Shown here: positions 22,794-31,704 of the stretch, piece by piece
Layout of the letters: the number at the start of each line of letters is the position of its first letter
Position numbering within the stretch: the first letter of the stretch is position 1
Translations under genes and position numbers: made by a program
Source: Deltaproteobacteria bacterium
GTDB taxonomy: Bacteria > Desulfobacterota > GWC2-55-46 > DRME01
NCBI GenBank assembly: GCA_011375175.1
Contig: DRME01000074.1
Location: 1-59,378, forward strand
DNA length: 59,378 nucleotides
Reading direction: 5' to 3'
Notes under the pieces: model-generated
What the model was told of the DNA's origin: nothing
What the model saw: only the letters and a program-made list of their open reading frames with translations
Database searches by the model: none

Positions 22794-23876
22794 TTACGCG
22801 CCTCGGTCGCCCCGGGACGAGGCCCTTGCCAGAGGCAGCCTTATGGTGAAGCTTGCGCCCCGTCCCGGCTCGCTCTCGGCGCTTATATCGCCGCCGTGGT
22901 CCTGGACGATGCGGTAGCTCATGGTGAGGCCCAGCCCCGCTCCGGTCATCTTGGAGGTATGGAAGGGACTGAATATCTTGAAGAGGTCGTCCTCCTCGAT
23001 GCCGCAGCCCGTATCGCTTATCTCCACGACAAGGGAGGAGCCGTCCTCCACATGGGAGCGGATCCGTATCTCGCCTTTACTCTCTATGGCCTCCACCGAG
23101 TTCTGGAGGATGTTGAAGAAGGCCTTCTTGAGGTTACTGCGGTCAAGGAGCACCTCCGGCGGGTCCGCCATGAGGTCGAGGTCGATCTCTATCTCCTTGC
23201 CGTCCATGATGTCGCGCAGGTCCTCGAGGGCCTTGAGCATCACCAGGTTCACGTCGGAGCGCTGCAGCCGCGAGGTGAGTATGCCCTTGTACTCGTCGAT
23301 CCTCTGTATCATGCGCTCCATGCGCTCCACGGCCTTTATGATCGTCGAGATGTACTCCCTGTTCCTGTCGTCGCGCTCCCTGGAGCGCAGGAGCCGGGCC
23401 ATGCCGCCTATGGTCGCCAGCGGATTGCGTATCTCGTGGGCTATGCCGTCGACCATCTCTCCCAGGGCGGCCAGCTTCTCGCTGTCGTGGAGCCTGGTCT
23501 GCATGGCCCTCATCTTGAGGAGCGACTTGACCCTGGCCGACACCTCGATGAGGCTGCACGGCTTCTCTATGTAGTCCTCGGCGCCGAGCTCCAGTCCCAG
23601 GACCACGTCCTCGAGCTCGGACTTGGCCGTGAGCATGACGACCGGTATGAGCCTTGTCCTGTCGTCGCTCTTGAGGCGCCTGCACATCTCGTAGCCGTCC
23701 ATGCGCGGCATCATTACGTCCACGAGGATGAGGTCCGGGTGAAAGGCCTCGACCTTGTCCAGCCCCTCCAGGCCGTCGCCGGCCTGCTCCACCTCGTAGC
23801 CGTCCATGACCATCTTGCTGGCTATGAGCTCACGGATGCCGGCGTCGTCATCGACTATGAGGACCCTCGGCTTCAT
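22794..23876 (-). CDS. Receiver-domain plus histidine kinase protein
   Basis: VLIVDDD, LILVDVMMP, LTAK, DYIEKP receiver; AHEIRNPL, NSVEA, DTGCGI, GAGLGL kinase; start ATG 23876. Confidence 0.9.
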   Translation of the reverse strand: MKPRVLIVDDDAGIRELIASKMVMDGYEVEQAGDGLEGLDKVEAFHPDLILVDVMMPRMDGYEMCRRLKSDDRTRLIPVVMLTAKSELEDVVLGLELGAEDYIEKPCSLIEVSARVKSLLKMRAMQTRLHDSEKLAALGEMVDGIAHEIRNPLATIGGMARLLRSRERDDRNREYISTIIKAVERMERMIQRIDEYKGILTSRLQRSDVNLVMLKALEDLRDIMDGKEIEIDLDLMADPPEVLLDRSNLKKAFFNILQNSVEAIESKGEIRIRSHVEDGSSLVVEISDTGCGIEEDDLFKIFSPFHTSKMTGAGLGLTMSYRIVQDHGGDISAESEPGRGASFTIRLPLARASSRGDRGA

Positions 23877-23881
23877 CTGCG

Positions 23882-24847
23882 CTACCCCTCTCCCGCTGCA
23901 GGCCCCGTAGCGCCCGGGCCGCTCCCCCTCTCGACCTTCTCCTTCATGGCCCTGTAGAAGCGGACCATCTCGTCGTCGCCCCTGCCCGCGTATATCTCCG
24001 CCATCGCGTCGATACACTCTCCGGCCCCCTCCGAGAGGCCGGCGGCGAGCGCCACCTTCAGCGCCCTGTCAAGGAGTCCGAGCGCGCCGTCCTCATCCCC
24101 CCCGGCAAGGGCGATGCGGCCGAGGGCGTAGAGCGAGTGGAATATGCGCGAAGACCTGCCGAGCCTCCGGTCGATCTCAAGGGCCCGCTCATAGAGGGCG
24201 GCGGCCTCGTCATCCCTTCCCTCCCCGCTCAACATGTCGGCCCTGAGCCGAAGCGAGTTGGCCACCTCGCCGTCGAGACCGGCCGCTTCGTTGAGCTTGA
24301 GCGCCTCGTCCAAGACGGCGGCGGCCTCGTCTCTTCTGCCGAGCTTCAGCAGCGCCATGGCCCTCAGGTTCAGCCGCGCGCCCCTGTCGGCGTGCGCGAA
24401 CCTCGCATCGAGGCGGGCCGCATTGTCGAGGAGTCCGAGGGCGCCTGCGGCGTCCCCTCTCATGTAGGCGAGCTTTGCCAGCATGCCCCAGAGCGCGGCC
24501 TCGGCCCGGTGGTCGCCGGCCTCCGCGGCGATCTCCAGCGCCTCCTGCGCCGCCTCCCCGGCCCGCTCAAGACGTCCGAGGGCCGTGTACGCCGCTGCGA
24601 GGTTGCGCAGCGCCGCAAGCTCCGTGCGCCTGTCGTCAACGCTGCGGCTCAGGGCAAGGGCCGCCTCGAACTTCAGGAGCGCAAGGGCGTACTCCCCCCG
24701 CGCCGCCGCGGCCACGCCCTCCACGTTGAGCTGCGAAGCCCTTTCGGACTGGGGCGGCCCCGGCACCGGCTCGGGCGCGGAAGCGCAGCCTGCCGCAGCG
24801 AGCAGCACCGCAAGCACCGCAGCCGTCCAGGCCGCCCTAACGCCCAT
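23882..24847 (-). CDS. TPR-repeat lipoprotein
   Basis: Lipobox LAAAGC followed by tandem TPR-like helical repeats. Confidence 0.75.
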   Translation of the reverse strand: MGVRAAWTAAVLAVLLAAAGCASAPEPVPGPPQSERASQLNVEGVAAAARGEYALALLKFEAALALSRSVDDRRTELAALRNLAAAYTALGRLERAGEAAQEALEIAAEAGDHRAEAALWGMLAKLAYMRGDAAGALGLLDNAARLDARFAHADRGARLNLRAMALLKLGRRDEAAAVLDEALKLNEAAGLDGEVANSLRLRADMLSGEGRDDEAAALYERALEIDRRLGRSSRIFHSLYALGRIALAGGDEDGALGLLDRALKVALAAGLSEGAGECIDAMAEIYAGRGDDEMVRFYRAMKEKVERGSGPGATGPAAGEG

Positions 24848-25877
24848 GGCCCGCGAAGGAATCGAAGGGGATGAGCGAGGGCTCCTCGACCGGCGGCATC
24901 ATGAGCCTTAGGGGCCAGCTCCTGCGCACCCCCTTTACGGCCTCCTTGCCCTCGGCCGCCGCCTCGTCCATGTTCACCAGTATCTCCCTTATGCGCGCGC
25001 TCTCGCCGGCCACCACATCGCTTATGCGTTTTATGTTGTCTATTACGGCCTCCACCTTGCGCTCCACCTCCGGCAGTCTTTCGACGACCCTGTCGGTCCG
25101 CCGCGCAACGGCCTTGACGCGCTCTATGACGGGGCCGAGCTCCTCGCTCGCCGACTCGACGTTGGCCACCACCCTGGAAACACTCTCCACGACCGGCGCG
25201 GCCTCCCTGTCTATCCTGTCGACCACGCCGCCCGCCTTGTCCACAATGGCCGTCGCCCCCTCGAAGGTCTTCCTTATCTCGGCCAGCGTCCGCGTCACCT
25301 CGGCGCGGATATCGAGGAGCTCGGAGGTCAGCAGCCTCATGTTCCTCACCGTGGTCTTCAGGTCGCCGTCGGGGTCGTTGGCGTAGTGGATTATGTCCTT
25401 CACCTCCACGAGCACGGGCTTGGCCCTGGCCACCAGCTCCTCGATCCCTCCGGCCTTCTCGAAGGGGATGAAGCCACCGTCGGGCAGGGGCTCGGCTCCG
25501 GCCTCTCCGACCGAGATCTCCACCACGGCCTCCCCTATGAAGCCCTCCTTGACGAGCGAGGCCATGGAGCCCCGTCGAATCCACTTGCGGTAACGCTTGT
25601 TGATCTCCAGCGTCACCCTCACCCTTGCGTCGTCGGCGAGCTCCAGCTCCTTTACGCGCCCCACCCTGAAGCCCGAGAGCTTTACCGGCATGCCCTCGAT
25701 GAGGCCCGTGCCGGACTCGGCGATGAAGTGGATGCGGAACTTCTTGGTGAAGACGTCGCGCTCGACGCCGATGAGGACGATCACGGCGACGATGCCGGCC
25801 ATGGTCAGCAGCACGAGCAGCCCGACCTTCGTCTCCAGGTGCCTGAACCTCGGGTCCCTGTCCTCCAACTCGCTCAT
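24837..25877 (-). CDS. MlaD/MCE family protein with long helical C-terminus
   Basis: TM anchor, GL..GMPVKLSGFRVGRV, SLVKEGFIGE MCE motifs. Confidence 0.85.
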   Translation of the reverse strand: MSELEDRDPRFRHLETKVGLLVLLTMAGIVAVIVLIGVERDVFTKKFRIHFIAESGTGLIEGMPVKLSGFRVGRVKELELADDARVRVTLEINKRYRKWIRRGSMASLVKEGFIGEAVVEISVGEAGAEPLPDGGFIPFEKAGGIEELVARAKPVLVEVKDIIHYANDPDGDLKTTVRNMRLLTSELLDIRAEVTRTLAEIRKTFEGATAIVDKAGGVVDRIDREAAPVVESVSRVVANVESASEELGPVIERVKAVARRTDRVVERLPEVERKVEAVIDNIKRISDVVAGESARIREILVNMDEAAAEGKEAVKGVRRSWPLRLMMPPVEEPSLIPFDSFAGHGR

Positions 25878-25907
25878 ATCCCGAAATCGTCCGGCCCTCC
25901 GGCGCCT

Positions 25908-26585
25908 CTACGCCTCCTCTAACCTTCCGCCCGAAACCCTGATGAGCCGCGTCGGCCCGATAAGCTTGAGCTCGGCCGGACTCCCGGTGAAGAAGACCAT
26001 CAGGGCCGAAGGATCGAGACCGTGAATACGCCTGGTCACCTCGACCACCCCGGCCGCCTCCCTGTCGAAGAGGCCGTAGGTGATCCTCTCGAAGATGTAG
26101 ACGGGGGGACGCGCCGCCGCGGCCCTGGCGATCATGACGACCCGCCTCGTGAACGTCGACAGCGGCCCCGGCAGGTCCCAGAGCCCGCCCCTGTAGCCCG
26201 CCACGTCCAGAAGCTCCCGCGCCCTGGACAGGGCCTCGGCGGCGGGGACTTCGGGAAAGTGGTGGAGCAGCGGGAGGGCCACGTTCTCGATCACCTTGAG
26301 GTTGCTTATGAGCGCCGTGTCAGCGAGGACGACGCCGAGTCTGCTGCGCAGGGCCGAAAGCCCTCTGTCGTCGAGGGCCTGGAGGTCCTCGCCGAGCACC
26401 CTGACGCTGCCCTCCTCGGGCCGCACAAGGCCGATGAGCACCCTTGCGAGCGCGCCCTTGCCGCTGCCGGCGGGGCCGGCTATAACCACCCGCCCGCCGC
26501 CATCGAGTGAGAGATCGGCGCCGTCGAATAGCAGCCTGCCGTCCTGGCGAAGCCTCAACCCCTCTATCTCGATGAGCGCAGCCAC
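25908..26585 (-). CDS. MlaF-like ABC ATP-binding protein, degenerate
   Basis: GPAGSGKG Walker A and ENVALPL; located between mlaE- and mlaD-like genes; other ABC motifs altered. Confidence 0.7.
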   Translation of the reverse strand: MAALIEIEGLRLRQDGRLLFDGADLSLDGGGRVVIAGPAGSGKGALARVLIGLVRPEEGSVRVLGEDLQALDDRGLSALRSRLGVVLADTALISNLKVIENVALPLLHHFPEVPAAEALSRARELLDVAGYRGGLWDLPGPLSTFTRRVVMIARAAAARPPVYIFERITYGLFDREAAGVVEVTRRIHGLDPSALMVFFTGSPAELKLIGPTRLIRVSGGRLEEA

Positions 26586-26593
26586 CGGCCCCC

Positions 26594-27376
26594 TCAGAAC
26601 AGGACGAGCGTGACGGCGGCGTTGACGACGAAGACGAGCTCGAGGCTCGTGATCACGGCCCTCGTCGTCTGCTGGGGGATACGCGTTATGGACCCCGACA
26701 CCTCGAGACCGCTGTAGGTGCAGACGGCGCCGATGATGAGCCCGAAGACGGCGCTCTTGAGCAGCGTCACACCGACGTCGAGAAAGTCCATGGCCTCGAG
26801 AACGCTCCTTGCGTAGACCGTGAAGGATATCCTCTTCTCGAAGCCCGCCAGGAGGAAGCCGCCGAGCACGGCCACGACCTCGAAATAGAAGGTCAGCACC
26901 ACTACGCCGAGGGCCGTGCCCGCCACCCTCGGCGCCACCAGGTAGCCGTGCGGGTCTATGCCCATCACCTCGAGGGACGATACCTCCCGCGACATCTTCA
27001 TGGAGCCGAGCTCCGAGGCCATGGCCGTGCCGCTCCGGGCTATGACGATGACGGCCGAAAAGAGGGGGCCGAGCTCCCTGATCACCACAAGGACGAGTAT
27101 CTCGCCTATGAGAAGCTCTTCGCCGAGCTTGGGCAGGATATCGAACGACTCGGTTACGATTATGAGCCCGATGATGAGCGCTATCCAGAAGATGATGGAG
27201 AGGGCCTCGAAGACGGTGAAGTATATCTGGCGCATGAAGACCGTCTTCGACGCCCTGGATCGCAGCGCGCCCCCCGAGAGTACGAGGACCAGCGACGAGG
27301 CCGTGAGGGAGGCCACGTCTTTGACCACCGCGACCTTATCGATCACCACCCTGCCAAGACGGTCGACAATGCCCAT
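26594..27376 (-). CDS. MlaE family permease
   Basis: IRELGPLFSAVIVIARSGTAMASELGSMK..E...LEVMGIDP...LVAPRV, TTRAVI. Confidence 0.9.
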   Translation of the reverse strand: MGIVDRLGRVVIDKVAVVKDVASLTASSLVLVLSGGALRSRASKTVFMRQIYFTVFEALSIIFWIALIIGLIIVTESFDILPKLGEELLIGEILVLVVIRELGPLFSAVIVIARSGTAMASELGSMKMSREVSSLEVMGIDPHGYLVAPRVAGTALGVVVLTFYFEVVAVLGGFLLAGFEKRISFTVYARSVLEAMDFLDVGVTLLKSAVFGLIIGAVCTYSGLEVSGSITRIPQQTTRAVITSLELVFVVNAAVTLVLF

Positions 27377-27412
27377 GGGCGGCGGCCTCCGGCCTCTCCC
27401 GGCGCTCCTCCC

Positions 27413-28168
27413 CTAAAAGCCCGCGCGCAGCGCCACGAACGGGCCCTGGAAGGCTATGTCGAACTCGTCGTCGCCCTGGTTGCTGCTGACGATGAGATAG
27501 CGGTAGCCCCCCGCTATGGTGATGAAAGGCAGCGGCGAGACGTTCACCCCGGCCTCGGCGTCTACGGCGTAGCCGTAGCTTCCCATTGTAAAGGCCGTTA
27601 TCTCGCCCTCGAGCTTGGCGAGCAGGGGAAGCCCCACCTGGGCCGTAACTCCAACGGCCGGCAGGATGAGCATGTACGACTCGGACCTGCCGTTGGTCGC
27701 CGCACTTACGGCCGTGTCGATGTCGAAGTACTTGACCTCGAAGATGACGCCCAGGCGGTTGCCGAGCGTGTCCACCAGGTCGTACTCGTAGCCGAGCCTG
27801 TGGTAGACGACGTCGAGCTCCGAGGTGACGGCCGTGTTGCTGAGGTAGGTCACGCCGTTGTAGGTGATGTCGGCGTTGAGGGTCTTGCCTCCGTCCCAGC
27901 TCATGGGCATGTAGGCGTAGCGGAGCTTGTGGTTTTTGAGGAGCCCCACTTCGACCCTTCCCTCGAAGAAGTTCTCCTGGTCGTCCATGCCCAGGTCTTC
28001 GGCGAGGTCGAGGTAGCTGCCGCGGCTGCCGCCGCCGCTTACGTTCATGTCGGCTCCCAGTCCCACGAGCCAGTACCTGCCCTCCACCTTCAGAAAGGCC
28101 GACGCATCGGTAGCGCCGAGCGCGAGGACGGAGAGCGCCGCAACCGCGATAATGGTATATCTCTTCAA
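27413..28168 (-). CDS. Outer-membrane beta-barrel protein
   Basis: Signal peptide, alternating amphipathic strands, C-terminal Phe (ALRAGF); TTG start with GAGGAG. Confidence 0.75.
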   Translation of the reverse strand: MKRYTIIAVAALSVLALGATDASAFLKVEGRYWLVGLGADMNVSGGGSRGSYLDLAEDLGMDDQENFFEGRVEVGLLKNHKLRYAYMPMSWDGGKTLNADITYNGVTYLSNTAVTSELDVVYHRLGYEYDLVDTLGNRLGVIFEVKYFDIDTAVSAATNGRSESYMLILPAVGVTAQVGLPLLAKLEGEITAFTMGSYGYAVDAEAGVNVSPLPFITIAGGYRYLIVSSNQGDDEFDIAFQGPFVALRAGF

Positions 28169-28430
28169 GAGTCTCTCCTCACATTAGTCATTGCGGCCGG
28201 CGCAGGACCGCCGGCCTGAACCGCCTCGACAGGCCGCAGCGACGAGGGGCCGCCGGAAGAGACGGCGGCGCCCCGCCTTGTGGGAGGCGGGGCGCTCAGG
28301 CCGCCCGCTTCAGGCTATACTGTTACGGAAGCTCCGCCTCCTGCACAGCGGTTCGTCCATCGCCCCACGGACCGGGGAGGCTACGGCCTGTCGGAGGGCA
28401 GGGGAAGCCCTGAGGCCGCCGCCCCAGCAA

Positions 28431-28499
28431 GGTCAGCCCCCTCGGCCGCCCCTGGTCAGCCCCCTCGGCCGCCCCTGGTCAGCCCCCTCGGCCGCCCCT
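28431..28499. repeat. Three exact tandem copies of a 23-bp unit
   Basis: GGTCAGCCCCCTCGGCCGCCCCT at 28431, 28454 and 28477, abutting the stop codon of the 28500-29369 gene. Confidence 0.95.
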
Positions 28500-29369
28500 T
28501 CAGCGAAGGACGAAGACCACCTTCGCCCCTTCGAGAAAGTTGGTCTTCTGGTTGGCGGAGAATATGACCCCGGCATCGCCGCCCGAGACCTTGACGTCCG
28601 TGCCCTTGACCACTCCGACGGCCTCGACGACAAGGGGGTTCTTCGCTCCCCGCTCGCCGAGCAGGGCCTTGGCCTTGCCCACGTCGTTGGTATACTCGCC
28701 GGCGCCCCGTTCGATGAGTATCTCCTGTGCCACCTTCGTGGGGTCGTAGAGTATGTCGCCGTTCTCGGCGAGCACGCGGTTTATGAGGGCCGGTTTGAAG
28801 CGGTGCTTGGTGATGTCCAGTATGAGGCCGTCGTAGTTCGGCGCCGAGGGAGGCGCCGGCGCGGCCGGAGCGGCCGGCGTGTAGACCGGGGCCGACGGCG
28901 GAGGCAGGGTTGGGAGTATGCGTGGCATGAGCTGGCCCAGCAGGCCCCCGGGCCCCTTCATGGGCACCGACACGTAGACGGCCGCCATCTCGGCCGCCGG
29001 GTCGTAGACCTCGTAGACCACTTGGGCGCCCTTGACCACCCCCTGGACCGTGGCCTTTATCGTGTCGGACTGGGCCGCCGCGTCGACGACCATGGTCTCG
29101 CCGTATATGGCCACGCCGTTGAGTATCTCGGCGAGTTCACGAAGAGCGACGACCTTGGCCGCGCGTTTTGCGAGGATGGCCTTCTGCGCCGGCGAGAGCG
29201 GCCTGTCGGCCGGCGCGGCGCCCTCGCCCTTGACCGTTATGACTCCGGCCATGAAGGCCTGGGCCGGGTCGGTCACGAGCGCCGGGGGGCCGCCTCCCAT
29301 CTGGGCGAAGGCCGAAGCGGAGGTGACGGCGAGAAAGAGACCGACCAGCAGGGATATAGTCCGTTTCAT
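28500..29369 (-). CDS. Secreted protein with LPP20/FlgP-like domain
   Basis: Sec signal; AKRAAKVVALRELAEILNGV...ATVQGVVKGAQVV resembles LPP20-like domains; Pro-rich linker; second domain of unknown function. Confidence 0.6.
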   Translation of the reverse strand: MKRTISLLVGLFLAVTSASAFAQMGGGPPALVTDPAQAFMAGVITVKGEGAAPADRPLSPAQKAILAKRAAKVVALRELAEILNGVAIYGETMVVDAAAQSDTIKATVQGVVKGAQVVYEVYDPAAEMAAVYVSVPMKGPGGLLGQLMPRILPTLPPPSAPVYTPAAPAAPAPPSAPNYDGLILDITKHRFKPALINRVLAENGDILYDPTKVAQEILIERGAGEYTNDVGKAKALLGERGAKNPLVVEAVGVVKGTDVKVSGGDAGVIFSANQKTNFLEGAKVVFVLR

Positions 29370-29417
29370 ATAACGCCTCCTTGAACTGTCGTTGCGGGAC
29401 GCGACGTGCGCGGTCCG

Positions 29418-30629
29418 TCAGTATATGTTCATTCTCTGTCGCAGGACCCTTATGGCCAGGATGGCCTCGGCGCCGTCGACGTAGTCGTCGGGCCTGAACT
29501 CGCCGGAGAGCTCGGTCTCCATGATACTGCGGGTGGTCATGTTCATGACGGCGTTGTACCAGGCGGCCGAGGCCGGCACGTCGGGGTAGGGCGAGCGGTC
29601 GTGGCCGAAGAACGCCGTGGCCAGGCTCTCGTCGCCGGTCAGCTTTATGAGAACGTCCTCGAGCACGAAGGCCAGCTCCTTTCGTGTTATGGGCCGGTCG
29701 GGCTTGAAGAGGTTGGCCTTGGTGACCGGGTCGTACTGCGGCTCCAGCCCCCGCACACCCCACTTCATGAGGGTCAGTATCTCTTCCTTGAAGTGATGGT
29801 TCAGCACGTCGGCGGGGATGAAGTCGGCCTTGAGCCGGGCCGTCTCGCTCTTTACGGGGATGCGGCCCGCAAAGAGCTTGTCGATCTTCATCTCGTCGAC
29901 GAGCAGCGCCGCCATGTCTCCCCGCGCGACCTCCTCCTTGAGGGCTATCTCCTTGCCCACGTCACCGAGCGTTATGCCGGCCATGGCGCGAACGATCTTG
30001 TCGACCCGCTTCCATCCCTTGTCGGCCTTGGCGTTCCACTTGCCCTCGCGCTTCATGGAAAGGACCTCGCCGAACATGTCGCGGGCCTTCTGGAACTCGC
30101 GGCCCTCGAGATAGGCTACACCCATGAAGTACGGCGCGGCCTCGCGGCCGTCGTAGTAGACGAGCCTGCGCTCGTCGACCTTGAGTTTCATGGCCTTCCT
30201 GTAGCTCTTGACGGCGTAGTCGAGCCAGTCGTCGGTCTTCAGCTCCGTGTAGACGCGCAGCGAGGCGAGCCAGTACTGGAACTGGTCCTCCGGTGACTCC
30301 GAGCGCTTCCACGAGAGCTTGAGATGCTCGAAGGCCTTGTCGCTGTCGACCTGCCTGTAGGCGGGGTCGCGCTTGTCTCCGGCCTTCAGGGCGTAAACGA
30401 TGGCCAGGCCCGCGTGGGCGGGACCGAACTTCTCGTCGCAATAGACGGCCCTGTTGAACTTGCCGGCCGCCTCGTCGAGCTTGCCGTCGTCGATGAGTTC
30501 CATGCCGCGCAGATAGTGGTGCTGGGGGTTGTCCTCGGGGCTCGTGCATCGCGGCGTGGGCTTTGCGCACCCCGCGACCGTCATGATGAGAACCGCCAGC
30601 AGAAGCGACAGGTATCCAACCCTTTTCAT
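29418..30629 (-). CDS. TPR plus S-layer homology (SLH) lipoprotein
   Basis: Lipobox VAGC, TPRs, SLH-like motifs FKPDRPITRKELA and YPDVPASAAWY...GEFRPDDYVDGAEA. Confidence 0.75.
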   Translation of the reverse strand: MKRVGYLSLLLAVLIMTVAGCAKPTPRCTSPEDNPQHHYLRGMELIDDGKLDEAAGKFNRAVYCDEKFGPAHAGLAIVYALKAGDKRDPAYRQVDSDKAFEHLKLSWKRSESPEDQFQYWLASLRVYTELKTDDWLDYAVKSYRKAMKLKVDERRLVYYDGREAAPYFMGVAYLEGREFQKARDMFGEVLSMKREGKWNAKADKGWKRVDKIVRAMAGITLGDVGKEIALKEEVARGDMAALLVDEMKIDKLFAGRIPVKSETARLKADFIPADVLNHHFKEEILTLMKWGVRGLEPQYDPVTKANLFKPDRPITRKELAFVLEDVLIKLTGDESLATAFFGHDRSPYPDVPASAAWYNAVMNMTTRSIMETELSGEFRPDDYVDGAEAILAIRVLRQRMNIY

Positions 30630-30638
30630 GGCCACCTC

Positions 30639-31607
30639 CTATTTGATTTCCTTCACCACGTCGCCGACCTTGAAGCCCACGCCGCTCTTGACGGTCGCCT
30701 CGGATACGCGCTCCCCCTGGTGCGCCGTGAGCACTATCTCGCCTATGCGCTTTTCGCGCCTTCCGATGACGCGGCCCGTCTCTGGATCGACGAGCTCCTC
30801 GCCCGGTCTGTATACGGCGAGCACCGTGCCGGGAGCGAGCCTGCTCCTGGTGCCGGCCCTGATGAGGATGGTGTCGCCGTCGACGAGCACGATGCTCGTG
30901 CGGAAGGGCTGGGCGTTGAGCTTTTTGATCATGCTCGCCATGGCCTTGGTGAGCGCGTCGCGCAGCGCCCCTTCACGGAGCCCCGTGTCGTAGGTGGACC
31001 TCGACCCCAGGCCGAGCACCCCGCCCGTCTTCTTGCGGTACTCGCCAGCGCCGGACTCGGCAAGGAGCGTCCTGCCGGTGGCGACGTCCACGAGGGCGTA
31101 GTCGACCTGGACGCGGGCCACCTGCGTCTTGGACTGGGCCACCAGGATGTCGGAGCCTTCCTCGAGTTCCGAGTAGGCGGTGACGGCGCCCGATATCCTG
31201 TAATCGATGGACATGTAGCCCTCGGCGGCGTCCTTCTTGCCCACCTTCACGGCGCCGCTTTGCTGGAGCTCGATGAGGCGCTCCTGCTGGCGCATCTCCT
31301 CGTCGGTGAGGACGATGGGCTCAAGGCCCGACTTCTTCACGATGGTGCGCAGTATCTCGGTCGCCGCCTCGCCCACGCCGAGCACCCTGCTCGGCGTCTT
31401 GTTCTCGAAGGTCAGTATGGCTACGGTGTACTGCGGCCCCCTGTACTGAGCTCCCAGTTCCTCGAGCTCCTGGCGCTGTCCCGTGAGCGAGACGTCTTCC
31501 TTGACGGCACCGGTGGTCGTGGGCGCGCATCCGGCGGCGAGAAGAAGCGCCGCAAGCACCACAGCTCCGTACGAAGCTCCCAACAAGTAAGACCTTACGG
31601 ACATCAT
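30639..31607 (-). CDS. CsgG/HfaB-like lipoprotein with FlgT-C-like domain
   Basis: Lipobox LAAGC; TVAILTFENKT, ISGAVTAY, VQVDYALVDVATGR; C-terminal ILIRAG...L.PG..L.VYRPGEELVDPETGRVIG. Confidence 0.72.
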   Translation of the reverse strand: MMSVRSYLLGASYGAVVLAALLLAAGCAPTTTGAVKEDVSLTGQRQELEELGAQYRGPQYTVAILTFENKTPSRVLGVGEAATEILRTIVKKSGLEPIVLTDEEMRQQERLIELQQSGAVKVGKKDAAEGYMSIDYRISGAVTAYSELEEGSDILVAQSKTQVARVQVDYALVDVATGRTLLAESGAGEYRKKTGGVLGLGSRSTYDTGLREGALRDALTKAMASMIKKLNAQPFRTSIVLVDGDTILIRAGTRSRLAPGTVLAVYRPGEELVDPETGRVIGRREKRIGEIVLTAHQGERVSEATVKSGVGFKVGDVVKEIK

Positions 31608-31704
31608 GTTACCTCCTTATGGTACCTCCTTTTCCATCGCGGAAACTCTCAGTCCACGCAGCCGGCGGAGACTTTATTTTGCCGGGGTCTCGCGGCCCGC
31701 GCCG

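Noticed and set aside
28431-28499. CRISPR interpretation of the 23-bp repeats, or of the 37-nt and 24-nt duplications at 52.4-52.6 kb
   Set aside because: The 23-bp units have no spacers, the others have only two copies, and there are no cas genes.
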